This document shows positions 17,115 to 26,968 of a stretch of DNA of 60,509 nt, in pieces. A program made the position numbers and the translations under genes. Every line of letters begins with the position of its first letter. Within the stretch, counting starts at the first letter, position 1. Origin of the DNA: a virus (lineage: Duplodnaviria > Caudoviricetes); the IMG/VR virus record IMGVR_UViG_3300012200_000002, positions 1 to 60,509 of that record; one strand, written 5' to 3'. Below the pieces are notes generated by a model. That model saw nothing but the letters and a program-made list of their open reading frames with translations, was not told the DNA's origin and ran no database searches.

Positions 17115-19148
17115 TCAGGACCAGCTCCTGCCGCTGTCATAGGGCACGCCCGCATCCCAGCCGAACGGGGCACCGGGTTGGCGCCCGAAGATGCTCAGCG
17201 TCACCGCGCAGCTCAGCACGCGCGAGCCATCCATATCCGCCTCGACCTCGGCCGGTCCGTCCACCTGCAGCACGCGCACCCTGTAGGCCGTGCCAGCCTC
17301 GTCGATCATGGTCACGCGCGCCGCGGCCTGGGCCAGGTCGAGCAGGCGGTGGACGTCGTCCATGGCGCCACGCCCGTGCAGCTCGCCATAGGCGTAGCGC
17401 TCGTAACGCCCGAGCTGCAGGATGTACTTGCGGATCTCGCGCAGGTCCGGGTTGGGCAGCCAGCGAATCGACAGCCGCCGCAGGATCGGCGGCGTGAGTG
17501 GGCTGCCGTTCAGATTGAGCTTGAAGGTCAGACGCTGGCTGACGATCGCCTGTGTCACCGGCAGCACCGTGCGCGGGCCGCTGGTGAAATTGCACAGCGT
17601 CTGGAACACGGGGTCGCCCTCGACCGCGCCTGAGACCACGATCGAGTTGCCGCCGGTCAGCGCCTCGCTCTCGCACTGGATCTCCTCGACGTCTTTTGGG
17701 ATGGGGTCCTCGCCTCCGTCTTCGGATGGCATGGTCACCTCGCACGTCTGCGCGAAGCGCCGCCCGCGGCCGGCCTTCAGGTCGGCGTACGGTGTCGTGT
17801 AGGCCAGCGGCGCCCAGCGCACCTGGAACACACCGCCTGGCACGGTTACCCCGAACAGCCACAACCGCGGCCCGTCGCTGGCCAGGCCACTGATCCACAT
17901 CGCGCTCACCCGAAAGTTGGCGGTCACGATCGGCGCGACGTTCCATATGAACGGTCCCAGCTCGGGGCCGCGCACCACGTCGACGGCGTTCGGGTCACCA
18001 GGCATGCGCCCCATCATCTGCCCGGTGTCCGCCTCGCGACCCCAGCTCACCCAGGTCTGCTGTCCGGTGGCGTCCCATGTGGCGTAGATCAGGTAGCGCC
18101 CACGCGTGACGATGTCGACGCCGTAGCCACCGATCGGCGTCTCGTTGGGCAGCGACAGCAGCGGCGTGATCGGCTCGGCCTGGGCGTAGCTCTGGCCTGA
18201 GATCTGCACGCGCAGCAGGTCGTACGCGGCGCTGATGTAGCCATAGCCGCCGCGGCATATCGCGGCCAGACCGCCGGTCGAGATGACCCCGTCCTCGGCC
18301 TCGGGCGTCAGATTCGGCGCCAGGCCTGAGCTGTCCAGGTCGCGTAGCCCGCTGGTGGTGGCGATGTACAGGTGATCGAGCGTGTTCGCGAAGCGCTGGA
18401 TGCTGCCGCGGATGTCGATGGCCGGCGTGGCCAGGCCAGGTGTCCAGCTCGTGTCCAGCCGCGGCGCACTCGAGCAGTAGCGCACGCCCGAGGTGCCGAA
18501 CTGCGCGGCCAGGCGCTGCGAGGTCAGCGTCGCGCCGGCCGGGCCCGTCGTCCACCACACCGTGCCGAGCGCGCCAGTTGGCTGCACCGCGGCCGAGCCG
18601 AGCAGCGCCGCGGTCCACACGCCACCGTCGGGGCGCTCGTACAGGTTGGCGTTGTTGGACATGAACATGCTCGTGCCGAAGCGCGTGAGCGCGTAGCCGG
18701 CCTTGCCGGCGCCCATGTCCAGGTCGACCGATGGGACCGGTGCACTGGCCTGGCCAGCGGTCAGCTTGTAGACCACCTGGCCGCACACCGCGTAGATGCT
18801 GCCGTCAGCCTCAGCTATCCCGTCCGCCCGTGGCGCCGCCGTGGCCGCGGGCAGCGCGATCGCGGTGACCTCCGGGCCTGGCAACAGGATGCCCGCGTCG
18901 CACGTCCAGGCGTTTTTGGTGTAGCTGACCATGCCGTTGATGCCCACGCTGCGCGAGGCGCCAGAGCCGCGGTGGAACGTGGTGATCTCGAGCGGGTCCA
19001 GCGTCGCCTGGCGCGCCGCTTCCATGCCCGCGTTTTTGATCTTGGGCACGTAGGTGACCGTGTACTGGCGCTCACCCTGGTTGCCGCGGGCGGCCTTGTA
19101 CGCCTGTCCGTCGATGTTGATGTCGATCGCGAACTGGACAGCGGCCAT
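17115..19148 (-). CDS. Putative tail nozzle/hub protein
   Basis: 677 aa, beta-rich, follows the adaptor-like gene; call from synteny. Confidence 0.55.
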   Translation of the reverse strand: MAAVQFAIDINIDGQAYKAARGNQGERQYTVTYVPKIKNAGMEAARQATLDPLEITTFHRGSGASRSVGINGMVSYTKNAWTCDAGILLPGPEVTAIALPAATAAPRADGIAEADGSIYAVCGQVVYKLTAGQASAPVPSVDLDMGAGKAGYALTRFGTSMFMSNNANLYERPDGGVWTAALLGSAAVQPTGALGTVWWTTGPAGATLTSQRLAAQFGTSGVRYCSSAPRLDTSWTPGLATPAIDIRGSIQRFANTLDHLYIATTSGLRDLDSSGLAPNLTPEAEDGVISTGGLAAICRGGYGYISAAYDLLRVQISGQSYAQAEPITPLLSLPNETPIGGYGVDIVTRGRYLIYATWDATGQQTWVSWGREADTGQMMGRMPGDPNAVDVVRGPELGPFIWNVAPIVTANFRVSAMWISGLASDGPRLWLFGVTVPGGVFQVRWAPLAYTTPYADLKAGRGRRFAQTCEVTMPSEDGGEDPIPKDVEEIQCESEALTGGNSIVVSGAVEGDPVFQTLCNFTSGPRTVLPVTQAIVSQRLTFKLNLNGSPLTPPILRRLSIRWLPNPDLREIRKYILQLGRYERYAYGELHGRGAMDDVHRLLDLAQAAARVTMIDEAGTAYRVRVLQVDGPAEVEADMDGSRVLSCAVTLSIFGRQPGAPFGWDAGVPYDSGRSWS

Positions 19149-19156
19149 CGTTCAGC

Positions 19157-20350
19157 TCAGCGCACCCAGGTCCACCACTGGTCGAGCGCGCCGCTCTGCG
19201 CACGGTGGTCGGCGCGCTCCTTCGGGTGCGGCAGGCCGACGTACTTGGCGCGGTTGGCGATGATGCGCTGATCCTGGGCTTTGAGCCCCATGCGGTTGCT
19301 GACCGCGCCGGTGGTCATGCCGGCCAGCGCCTCGTAGGCGTGCGCCAGGGCCACCTGCACCAGAAACTGGGGCTGGATCAGGCTCTCGTCGTCGTCGAGC
19401 TCGAAGCCCTGGCAGTTGTCGGTCCACACCCCGCAGTGCTTCATCAGGGTGTCCGCGGGGCGGGTCAGGCTGAGGTCCATGCGCGTGCCGCCGGCGATGT
19501 CGCCTGGGGTGTCGAGCAGGATCTGCTGGCCATCGCGGCGTGCGTTCCAGCCGCTCCACGGCGCCTCGACCCAGCTCGGGTCGACGTACGGCCCGTAGAA
19601 CTCATGGATCGCCTCGGGGTCGAGCCAGTCGCCGTAGTCCAGCGTGTACACCGCGGTGTTGCTCAGGCCGGCGAGCTGCAGCCGATCGAGCACCCAGCAC
19701 TCGGCCAGGGCCAGGTTCAGGCACTCCTTGAGGCCGAGGTGGCCGTCCATCTCGTATGGCGGCAGCAGCCGCGACAGCTCAACCTGGGTGCCGCTGGCCA
19801 CGCGTGTCGGAAACGGCGGGCCTACCTGCAGCTCACCCGTGACCGGGTTGAGCGCCTGGTCGGAGACGTGGCGCACTAGGCCGGCATTGGCGCCGTCGAC
19901 GGGCATCACCCACCACTGTCGAAAACGGTTTGCGTCGAGCTGATTGCCGAGGTTGGTGGCGATCAGCGAATTGCCGCCGACGGCGCCGTCGGCGGTGGTC
20001 GTGACGACGTTCAGGCTGCCCTGCAGGCGGCGGCCGAGCATGCGCCGACAGGCGCGCAGCGAGCGCCGCGTGGGCGCGACCCTTGAGGTCGGCGGTACAG
20101 CCACCGGCCAGGGCGCCGAGTAGGTGCCGAGACCACCGGCGTTGTAGCGGCAGGTGCGGTACCAGTCGCTCTGCACGCCAGGGATGTCGACGTAGGTGTA
20201 GCTGGTCTGGTCGGCGACGTACGGGATCCGCGCGAGCGTGGCGAAGGTGTTGAGCTGGGTGGCGTTGGCGCCCTTCTCGAGCTGCAGCCCGGTCCACGTG
20301 GTGATGAACGTGTCGACGTCGGGCTCACTCAGGACGATCGTGTTGGTCAT
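19157..20350 (-). CDS. Putative head-tail adaptor
   Basis: Helical ends (CRRMLGRRL, ECLNLALAE, VALAHAYEAL) flanking a beta core; synteny. Confidence 0.5.
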   Translation of the reverse strand: MTNTIVLSEPDVDTFITTWTGLQLEKGANATQLNTFATLARIPYVADQTSYTYVDIPGVQSDWYRTCRYNAGGLGTYSAPWPVAVPPTSRVAPTRRSLRACRRMLGRRLQGSLNVVTTTADGAVGGNSLIATNLGNQLDANRFRQWWVMPVDGANAGLVRHVSDQALNPVTGELQVGPPFPTRVASGTQVELSRLLPPYEMDGHLGLKECLNLALAECWVLDRLQLAGLSNTAVYTLDYGDWLDPEAIHEFYGPYVDPSWVEAPWSGWNARRDGQQILLDTPGDIAGGTRMDLSLTRPADTLMKHCGVWTDNCQGFELDDDESLIQPQFLVQVALAHAYEALAGMTTGAVSNRMGLKAQDQRIIANRAKYVGLPHPKERADHRAQSGALDQWWTWVR

Positions 20351-20356
20351 GGCGCC

Positions 20357-20695
20357 TCAGCTCGCGACGGCCGTCCCGTCCAGTACACCATTGAGCGTCG
20401 GCGTCTCGGTCGCCCCGAGGACGTCGTCGACGAAATTCAGCACACGCCGATCCACAATGCCCCACGAGAAGGCCTGCACCTTGTCGCGCAGGTGGTCCCA
20501 GTCGGCGTCCTCGAGCTCGAGGACTTCGGGCTCCTTGTCGAGCGCGTCGAGCAGGCGGATGCCGCGGCGCAGCTCCTCGATGTCGGCGCCCTTGGATGGG
20601 TCGAGCGGACGGCGCACCACCTGGCGCAGGATCTCGGCCCAGGACAGCTCGCCGAGCTGGGGGTCGTGATCGACGCGCAAGCGGATGCGCTTCAT
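20357..20695 (-). CDS. Hypothetical protein, possible fibre chaperone
   Basis: Downstream of the tail fibre; VLELEDADW motif. Confidence 0.55.
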   Translation of the reverse strand: MKRIRLRVDHDPQLGELSWAEILRQVVRRPLDPSKGADIEELRRGIRLLDALDKEPEVLELEDADWDHLRDKVQAFSWGIVDRRVLNFVDDVLGATETPTLNGVLDGTAVAS

Positions 20696-20955
20696 GATGT
20701 CTTGCTGGCTGACAAGCCCAGAATCGCGTCGATCTCCTGCTGGTCGGTAATCGGCGCTTTGGCGTACGCCACGGCGACGTCGGTTGGCGGCGAGGATGCC
20801 GTGGCGACCTTGTGCTGCTTGACGTACTCGTTCAGCAGGTCCTCGTTGCGCGCCTGGAGGTAGTCCTGGTTCGTGATCGGCGGATCGCTGTCGGTCACCA
20901 GCCAGGCCAGCGCCTGGTCCTGCTCGTCGGTCGCGCTGATCGTGTACTCAGCCAT
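20692..20955 (-). CDS. Hypothetical protein, possible fibre chaperone
   Basis: AAGGAG SD directly after the fibre gene. Confidence 0.65.
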   Translation of the reverse strand: MAEYTISATDEQDQALAWLVTDSDPPITNQDYLQARNEDLLNEYVKQHKVATASSPPTDVAVAYAKAPITDQQEIDAILGLSASKTS

Positions 20956-20965
20956 GGCTCTCCTT

Positions 20966-23900
20966 TTATGCAGCGTCCGCGTAGCACGGGATCTTGCGGT
21001 TGGTCCCGTTCACGCTGATGCGGATGTACTCGGTTGGCGTGGCCGGAGGCGCCGCCGCTCCGCCCGCTGCACCCACGGTCGTGGTCAGCGTGTTGTCCAC
21101 GCGCATGAACACTCCGGTCGAGGTGTTTGAGATCCAGATAGGCGAGTTCGTTGCGCCTGGTGCAGCAGCGCCTGCGATCCGGAGGGGAACGTTGTTCGTT
21201 GTCGCACCGGACTGAGCGTCGAGATAGATGCCGTAGGCGTTGGTCCGTGTCCCGCTGCTATTGAAGATCCGCATACCGTAGAAATCGGTAATGGTGGTCC
21301 CCGAGACAGACGCGAGGGACATCATGATGCCGTAGTACGAAGGCAGCGTGTATGAGCCGCTGAGCGAGTATCCAATGTAAAGTGCTCGAGCGGTCGTGGT
21401 GGCTCCGGTGAACGTCGGCTGGAGGTTCAGGCCGGTTGCACTGACAGCCGCGTTCGTTGACGCCACGAACAAGTTGTCGCCGGCTGTCGGGACGGTGCCA
21501 ACTCCAACATTGCCGTCCAGGCGCGAGGTGCCCAGGTTGTACAGACCGATGTTGGTCGTAACCGCGCCGGACTGAGCCAAGATGTAGACGCCATAGGCGT
21601 TGGTGATCCCGGCTTTGCCCTGGTTGGCAACGTAGATGCCGTACAGCGTGGTGATCGCGCTGCCAGCGCCCACCACTGGTGCGACCACCTGTAGCGCATA
21701 CCCGCTGACCATGGTGAACGCAGCAGCGGCTGTCGTCAGGCCAATCATCACGTCAGAGCCGCTCGTGGTTGCCGTTGCGCTGAAGGTGCCCAGCACATTC
21801 AGGATGCTCTGGGTCGCACCGCTCAGGCTTGTCGAGGCTGGATTGACCACGAGGCCAATGCTTGTCGAGGATGCCTGGCCGATGCCGACGTTACCGTTGA
21901 CACTCAGGTTGCGACCCAGGAACAGATCGCGCGGCCGGTTGGCTCCACTGGCGCCAATGTCGTAGGTGTTGTCGGTTACCGCCTTGAAGTTCCCGGTGCC
22001 ACCTTCGATCTTCCAGAAGTCGGAACCACCGAGTTGGAACGTGATCTCCGAGCCGCCCAATCCGAGTGCTCGCAACGTGCCCGTTCCTGCGTTGACAGCC
22101 CGGACATACACCTTGTTCGCCTGCCACTCGACGTTTAGTCGTTCGTAGTTGCTGGCGTCCGTGTACGTGTTGTAGAGCAGGAACTGCTGCGCGTTGACAC
22201 CGTTGCGAACATCAACGACGTTGCTGCCCCACGGCTGAAGCGACAGGGGCACGCCAGCGCTGTTCGCGTAGAGCGGCGAATCGACGTAGCCGAGCGTTGA
22301 GAAGTTGCCACCCAGGTACAGATTGCGCGGTCTATTCGCTCCACTCGCGCCGATGTCGTAGGTGTTGTCGGAGTTGGAGACGAGATGGCCCCCGCTCGTG
22401 AGCTGCCAGGCCGAGGTTGTGCCATTGACCACAAACTGGATGCCGTTGCCCACACCCGAGGTGAGGGCGCCCGCGTAGACGGTGCCGCCCACATAGACGT
22501 CTCTCGGGCGAGTCGCGCCGGCCGCGCCGATGTCGTAGGTGTTATCGGGTGAGAACGTGAGCGTCTGGCTCAGCGGGAGGGTTAGCCCACCACCTCCACC
22601 TCCCAGCGCCACCTCCACACCCGAGTTGCTCAGCATGTACAGGTTGTTGTCAGCTTTGGAGTACAGCCGCACGCTGCCGCTGGCAGGGTTCGCTGGCTTC
22701 ACGATCGCCGAGAACTGGGCGTAGCTGGCGAGCTGGGCAATGCCGGCCAGGAACAGGTTCCTGGGTCGATTCGCGCCGGATTGCCCAAGGTCGTAGGAGT
22801 TGTCGGCGAAGGCGATCAAGTGGCCGCTCGAGTTGACCTGAAAGCGGGTCGTGCTGACGGTTGACAGGCTGAGCGTGGTGCTGGCGTTGACCAGCGGCGT
22901 GACGACCGATGTCGCGGCGTAGACGGTGCGCGGGCGGAGTGTGGCCGACGTCGCGCCGATGTCGTAGGTGTTGTCAGGGCTGAAGGTCAGGTTTTGCGCG
23001 AGTGGCAAACTGAGCCCGCCACCGCCGCCGGCCGGTGTAACCCAGGCCGTGTCGTAGTCGGTTGCGGTGTTTTTCTGGAGCACCTGGCCGGTGGTGCCGC
23101 CGGTGGGGACGGCGCCAGGTCCGATGAACGCGCCGGAGACATAGATCCTGCGCACTCGCAGGGGTCCGCCACCAGGCGGGTAGCTGGCGTCGCCGCCAAT
23201 GTCCACCGCGCCACCCGTTGCGCCGTCGTATGCGGGTATCAGGTTGCCCGTGGTATCGATCGACCAACGCAACTGGCCACTGCCCTCGCTCGTGCCGCCG
23301 GTCCAGAAGCGAATGCTCTTGGATGTGCCGCCCGACCGCGAGTCACCGGCCCTGATGCCAGAACTGCCGTACTGCAGCCACTGGGCGCTGTTTTTGTCCA
23401 TGCCGCTCCAGCACGTCAGAGTCGTCTCGTTGTAGGAGACGTCGTTGGGGATGATCCACACCTTGGCCGGTCGGTACTCGCCACCAGCGCCGTCCTTGGC
23501 CGCGAGCAGCAGCACCGTCTGGTCGTTGTTGTCGCTGGTCAGCGAGATCTGGAAACCGGTGGTGTAGCCGTTGTTCGCGTCGGGACCGACCAGCAGGAGG
23601 TGTGGTGGCGGGGGCCACGTACCAACGGTGGTGCCAAGTGTGGTCAGACCCTGCACGTTCAAGTTGCCACCCAGGTACAGGTTGCGGGGGCGGTTGGAGC
23701 CGGCGGCACCGATGTCGTAGGCATTGTCCGTATCGGCCAGCAGTGAACCTCCGTACATCAAGCCCGCGCCGATGAGACGGATCTGACCAGCACCAGTCTT
23801 ATAAAGCTGTTCTGCGCTGGAGGTGGAGCCGAAGCGATAGCTAGTACCAGCGGTCACGTCGCCGGGAGTAATCAATGCTCCTGCGACCACGCTGCTGGTC

Positions 23901-24394
23901 GCATAGACACTGCGCGGACGGCTCGCTCCGGACGCACCGATGTCATAGCTATTGTCTGGCGAGAAGAGCAGGTTGCCGCTGAGCGTGCCACCCGTTAGTT
24001 GGAGATAACCACCGCCGGCCAGGGGTGCGTAACGAGCGTCGCCCTGAGCCTGGGTGATCTTCGTGTCGGCGTATTGTTTCGTGGCTGCTTGCAGGTTCGT
24101 AGACGGGTCAGCCGACAACGTCAGCAATCCGCTGAGCGTGCCGCCGGCGAGTTGCAGGTAGCGTGTGTCGGCCTGGGTCTGGGTCAGGTAGCCGCCGCCG
24201 ACGACGGGCGCATAGCGTGTGTCGCCCTCCGGCTGGGTCAGGTACTGCGGGAAAGGGTCCGACGTCTTCAGGAACGCCTCGACCGCATTGACCGCCGCGT
24301 TGGCCTTGTTGTGCAGGTCCGGGTGGGTGTCCTGCGAGACCGTGCCGTTGGCGCTCGAGGTTGGCAGGTTGTCAGGTGTGGTGGGGAACGTCAT
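20966..24394 (-). CDS. Tail fibre / receptor-binding protein
   Basis: 1142 aa; YLQLxGGTLSG and AATKQYAD fibre motifs; seven DNxYD[IL]G...RPR repeats; ends RKIPCY. Confidence 0.85.
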   Translation of the reverse strand: MTFPTTPDNLPTSSANGTVSQDTHPDLHNKANAAVNAVEAFLKTSDPFPQYLTQPEGDTRYAPVVGGGYLTQTQADTRYLQLAGGTLSGLLTLSADPSTNLQAATKQYADTKITQAQGDARYAPLAGGGYLQLTGGTLSGNLLFSPDNSYDIGASGASRPRSVYATSSVVAGALITPGDVTAGTSYRFGSTSSAEQLYKTGAGQIRLIGAGLMYGGSLLADTDNAYDIGAAGSNRPRNLYLGGNLNVQGLTTLGTTVGTWPPPPHLLLVGPDANNGYTTGFQISLTSDNNDQTVLLLAAKDGAGGEYRPAKVWIIPNDVSYNETTLTCWSGMDKNSAQWLQYGSSGIRAGDSRSGGTSKSIRFWTGGTSEGSGQLRWSIDTTGNLIPAYDGATGGAVDIGGDASYPPGGGPLRVRRIYVSGAFIGPGAVPTGGTTGQVLQKNTATDYDTAWVTPAGGGGGLSLPLAQNLTFSPDNTYDIGATSATLRPRTVYAATSVVTPLVNASTTLSLSTVSTTRFQVNSSGHLIAFADNSYDLGQSGANRPRNLFLAGIAQLASYAQFSAIVKPANPASGSVRLYSKADNNLYMLSNSGVEVALGGGGGGLTLPLSQTLTFSPDNTYDIGAAGATRPRDVYVGGTVYAGALTSGVGNGIQFVVNGTTSAWQLTSGGHLVSNSDNTYDIGASGANRPRNLYLGGNFSTLGYVDSPLYANSAGVPLSLQPWGSNVVDVRNGVNAQQFLLYNTYTDASNYERLNVEWQANKVYVRAVNAGTGTLRALGLGGSEITFQLGGSDFWKIEGGTGNFKAVTDNTYDIGASGANRPRDLFLGRNLSVNGNVGIGQASSTSIGLVVNPASTSLSGATQSILNVLGTFSATATTSGSDVMIGLTTAAAAFTMVSGYALQVVAPVVGAGSAITTLYGIYVANQGKAGITNAYGVYILAQSGAVTTNIGLYNLGTSRLDGNVGVGTVPTAGDNLFVASTNAAVSATGLNLQPTFTGATTTARALYIGYSLSGSYTLPSYYGIMMSLASVSGTTITDFYGMRIFNSSGTRTNAYGIYLDAQSGATTNNVPLRIAGAAAPGATNSPIWISNTSTGVFMRVDNTLTTTVGAAGGAAAPPATPTEYIRISVNGTNRKIPCYADAA

Positions 24395-24398
24395 GCGC

Positions 24399-24635
24399 TC
24401 AGCTCAGGTTGGCCACAGCTTGACCTGTCCGCGGCGGCGGTGTGATCGTGGCCACGGCGCTACCTGGCGGCGGGCCGCCTTGATCCCAGCTCGCAGCGCC
24501 CACCAGGGACGCCGAGGTGGGGATCAGGGCGCCGCCCAGCATGTAGCTGCCCAGCGTCCAGTCGCCCAGGTGGCCAGCTACCCACAGCCAGCCGCCTATG
24601 GCGCTGCCGGACTGTGGCGGGCTCGAGCCCGCCAC
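24399..24635 (-). CDS. Small hypothetical virion-module protein
   Basis: Fills the gap in the co-directional operon. Confidence 0.45.
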   Translation of the reverse strand: MAGSSPPQSGSAIGGWLWVAGHLGDWTLGSYMLGGALIPTSASLVGAASWDQGGPPPGSAVATITPPPRTGQAVANLS

Positions 24636-24656
24636 GCCGCAGTCGGTCAGGGTCCC

Positions 24657-25268
24657 TTACCCCAGGATTTGCTTGATCGTGTCGCCGGCCGACAGAGCCT
24701 GCGGGGCGTTGATCAGATTCATGTAGAGCTGCCCCTCGCCGATGCGGTGGCCGTCGAGCGCCTCGGTCTTTTCGCCCGAGTTCAGATCGAGCAGGGTCAT
24801 GTGACCCTTGACGACATCGCCAGGGCCGAGCAGCCCCCACTCGCTGACCGGGCGGTTGATCAGGCCGGCCAGCTTCTGGCCAACCGGACTCAGGATGGCC
24901 GCGCGCTCCTTGACCCATGGCACCGCGCGCTTGCTCTGATCGACCGGCGCGTCGAGGACCTTCTCGATGGCGCCGCCAGCGATCGTGCCCGCGTCGGGCA
25001 GCGCCTGGCCGCTGGCGCTCACATCGCCGGTGGACTTGGCCGCGGAGTGGCCCTCGATGGTTACGACGTTGGTCGTGTCGGCGAGTTCGCTCGAGGCGGG
25101 CTGGCCAAACTGGTCGGCATCGATTCTGGCCATACCGGCCAGGCTGGACATGTCCTTGACTTCGTCCGCGGACTCGACACGATTGGAGGCGCTGCCGCTC
25201 GGCGGTGACGAGCTCGCGGCACTCGGCGACTTGCTCGGGGTGCGCGGGCTGCTGCTGGTCTCGGTCAT
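24657..25268 (-). CDS. Hypothetical virion-module protein
   Basis: GAGGA SD before MTET. Confidence 0.7.
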   Translation of the reverse strand: MTETSSSPRTPSKSPSAASSSPPSGSASNRVESADEVKDMSSLAGMARIDADQFGQPASSELADTTNVVTIEGHSAAKSTGDVSASGQALPDAGTIAGGAIEKVLDAPVDQSKRAVPWVKERAAILSPVGQKLAGLINRPVSEWGLLGPGDVVKGHMTLLDLNSGEKTEALDGHRIGEGQLYMNLINAPQALSAGDTIKQILG

Positions 25269-25279
25269 GGTTTCCTCGC

Positions 25280-25981
25280 TCACAGCCCGCGGTGGTCGTA
25301 CTGGTAGCCAAGGGGCTGCGGGCTGGCCGCCCCTCGCTCGGGCCGCAGCGGGCCCTCGCCGGTCTGTCCGAATCGGCCGCCGCTGATCGACTGCGCACCG
25401 GCCAGGAACTGGCCGCGCTGTGGGTCGTCGATCGCCTCAATCTGCTGAGCTGGACCCTGGCGCTGGTGTTGGTTCCACGTCACCTGCACCGCGATCGACT
25501 GCGGCACGCTACAGATCTGGCCGACGAAGATCGGGAACTCGAGGCCATTGACCATGAACACGCGCGGCGGGAACTTGCCAGTGACCTTGTGGATCTTCAT
25601 CTCGTCGGCGTCCGGCTGGATGTACACCGGCTCGCGCACCTCGGTCCGCCAGGCCTCGAGCGTCGCGTCGCGCTGCTCTTTGTCGCGGCGCACCTCCTCG
25701 GCCAGGTTGCCGCGCCGATCGCTCTGCTGGTCGGTCCGCTGCTGCCCCATCAGGTCGAGGATCTGGCGCTGCTGCTGAGCGAGCTGCTCCTGCATTGTGG
25801 CCATCAATCGGAACATGTCCTGGGGCGTGATCTCGCCCACGTTGGGCGCCGCGTGAATGATCGGCTCGAGCGCGTGCAGCGCCTCCTCGGGATCCTTGTC
25901 GATGCGGTCCATCGCCGCCTGGGTGCCGTCAACCGCGCGCTCGAGCAGCGCCGCGGCCGGCCCGTCTGGTCTGGCGTTCAT
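25280..25981 (-). CDS. Capsid-adjacent protein
   Basis: ATGA coupling to the capsid gene; VFMVNG..F.I..G....VP motif recalled from genes following N4-gp56-type capsids. Confidence 0.65.
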   Translation of the reverse strand: MNARPDGPAAALLERAVDGTQAAMDRIDKDPEEALHALEPIIHAAPNVGEITPQDMFRLMATMQEQLAQQQRQILDLMGQQRTDQQSDRRGNLAEEVRRDKEQRDATLEAWRTEVREPVYIQPDADEMKIHKVTGKFPPRVFMVNGLEFPIFVGQICSVPQSIAVQVTWNQHQRQGPAQQIEAIDDPQRGQFLAGAQSISGGRFGQTGEGPLRPERGAASPQPLGYQYDHRGL

Positions 25982-26946
25982 CCAGCGACGGCCGTTTCCA
26001 CGCGCAGGATGCGCGCGTTGTCGAGGACCTTGGCCACGTACGCGACCTTCCAACCCGCCACGCCGTACTGTTGCAGGGGGTCAATCTTCGATGGCGTGTT
26101 GGCCGGCACGACCATGATGTCGACACCGGTCTCGTTGGTCTGCGGGTTCAACCCACCGACGGTCATCGACTCGAGGTCGGTCGTGCCGAAGGCGTTCGGG
26201 CCCCAGATGAGCGCGGCGTGGACGTCGATGCCCGCGGCGCCGCCAGCGGTGAAGATCGGGTTTTCAGTGGTGGTGTCGAAGTCCACGCCCTCGACCTCGC
26301 CCAGGGTGCCCGACAGGAACACACTCGGCGCCGAGTAGCGCATGATGTCCAGCCAGCCACCCGCGGCCGCGTCGGTCTTCAGGTCATACTTTTGCGATGG
26401 CGTGCACGAGCCGTGGTAGCGCCCGTCCGGGAAGCGCGGCACCTTGGTCTTCTCGAGGGTCCTGACGGCCTTGCGCACCTCAGCGGTGATGAAGTTCATG
26501 CCCGCGGCGACGGTCACGCGACTGGTAGCGGTGGAGGCGTACTGGACGCTCGAGCCGGCGCCCAGCTCGGTACTGGTGAGCGCGTGCACGCTCAGCCCGC
26601 ACTGCTCGCCCTCGACGTCCATGACGTTGCTCATGGCGGGGTCGATGCCCGCGCGGATCAACAAGTCGGAGATCTTCTGGAACGCGCCGTACTGGGCCAG
26701 GCTGGCGGTCACCTGGGTGATGGTCAGCGAGCCCTCGGTGGGCGGCACGCCCTCAGTCAGGGCCGAGGTGGCCGCCGGCAGCGCGCCCCACTTGCGCCAC
26801 TGGATCGTGGTACCCGTGTTGGAGCCGACGGTCTCCTGCATGCCATCCTTGAGCAGCGGCAGGTACGGGATGAGGCGCTTGAGGGTCTTGGCGATGTAAT
26901 AGGTACGCTGCTCAGCCGTCAGGCTGGCGTAGGTCTGCACGACCAT
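25978..26946 (-). CDS. Major capsid protein, N4-gp56 family
   Basis: GTTIQWRKW, LTEGVPP, LAQYG...ISD, DPLQQ...AGWK motifs. Confidence 0.9.
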   Translation of the reverse strand: MVVQTYASLTAEQRTYYIAKTLKRLIPYLPLLKDGMQETVGSNTGTTIQWRKWGALPAATSALTEGVPPTEGSLTITQVTASLAQYGAFQKISDLLIRAGIDPAMSNVMDVEGEQCGLSVHALTSTELGAGSSVQYASTATSRVTVAAGMNFITAEVRKAVRTLEKTKVPRFPDGRYHGSCTPSQKYDLKTDAAAGGWLDIMRYSAPSVFLSGTLGEVEGVDFDTTTENPIFTAGGAAGIDVHAALIWGPNAFGTTDLESMTVGGLNPQTNETGVDIMVVPANTPSKIDPLQQYGVAGWKVAYVAKVLDNARILRVETAVAG

Positions 26947-26968
26947 AGTGGGAGCTCCAGGGCAGGGA

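Noticed and set aside
20966-24394. Diversity-generating retroelement acting on the fibre
   Set aside because: No reverse transcriptase and no template/variable repeat pair with adenine-specific differences seen.
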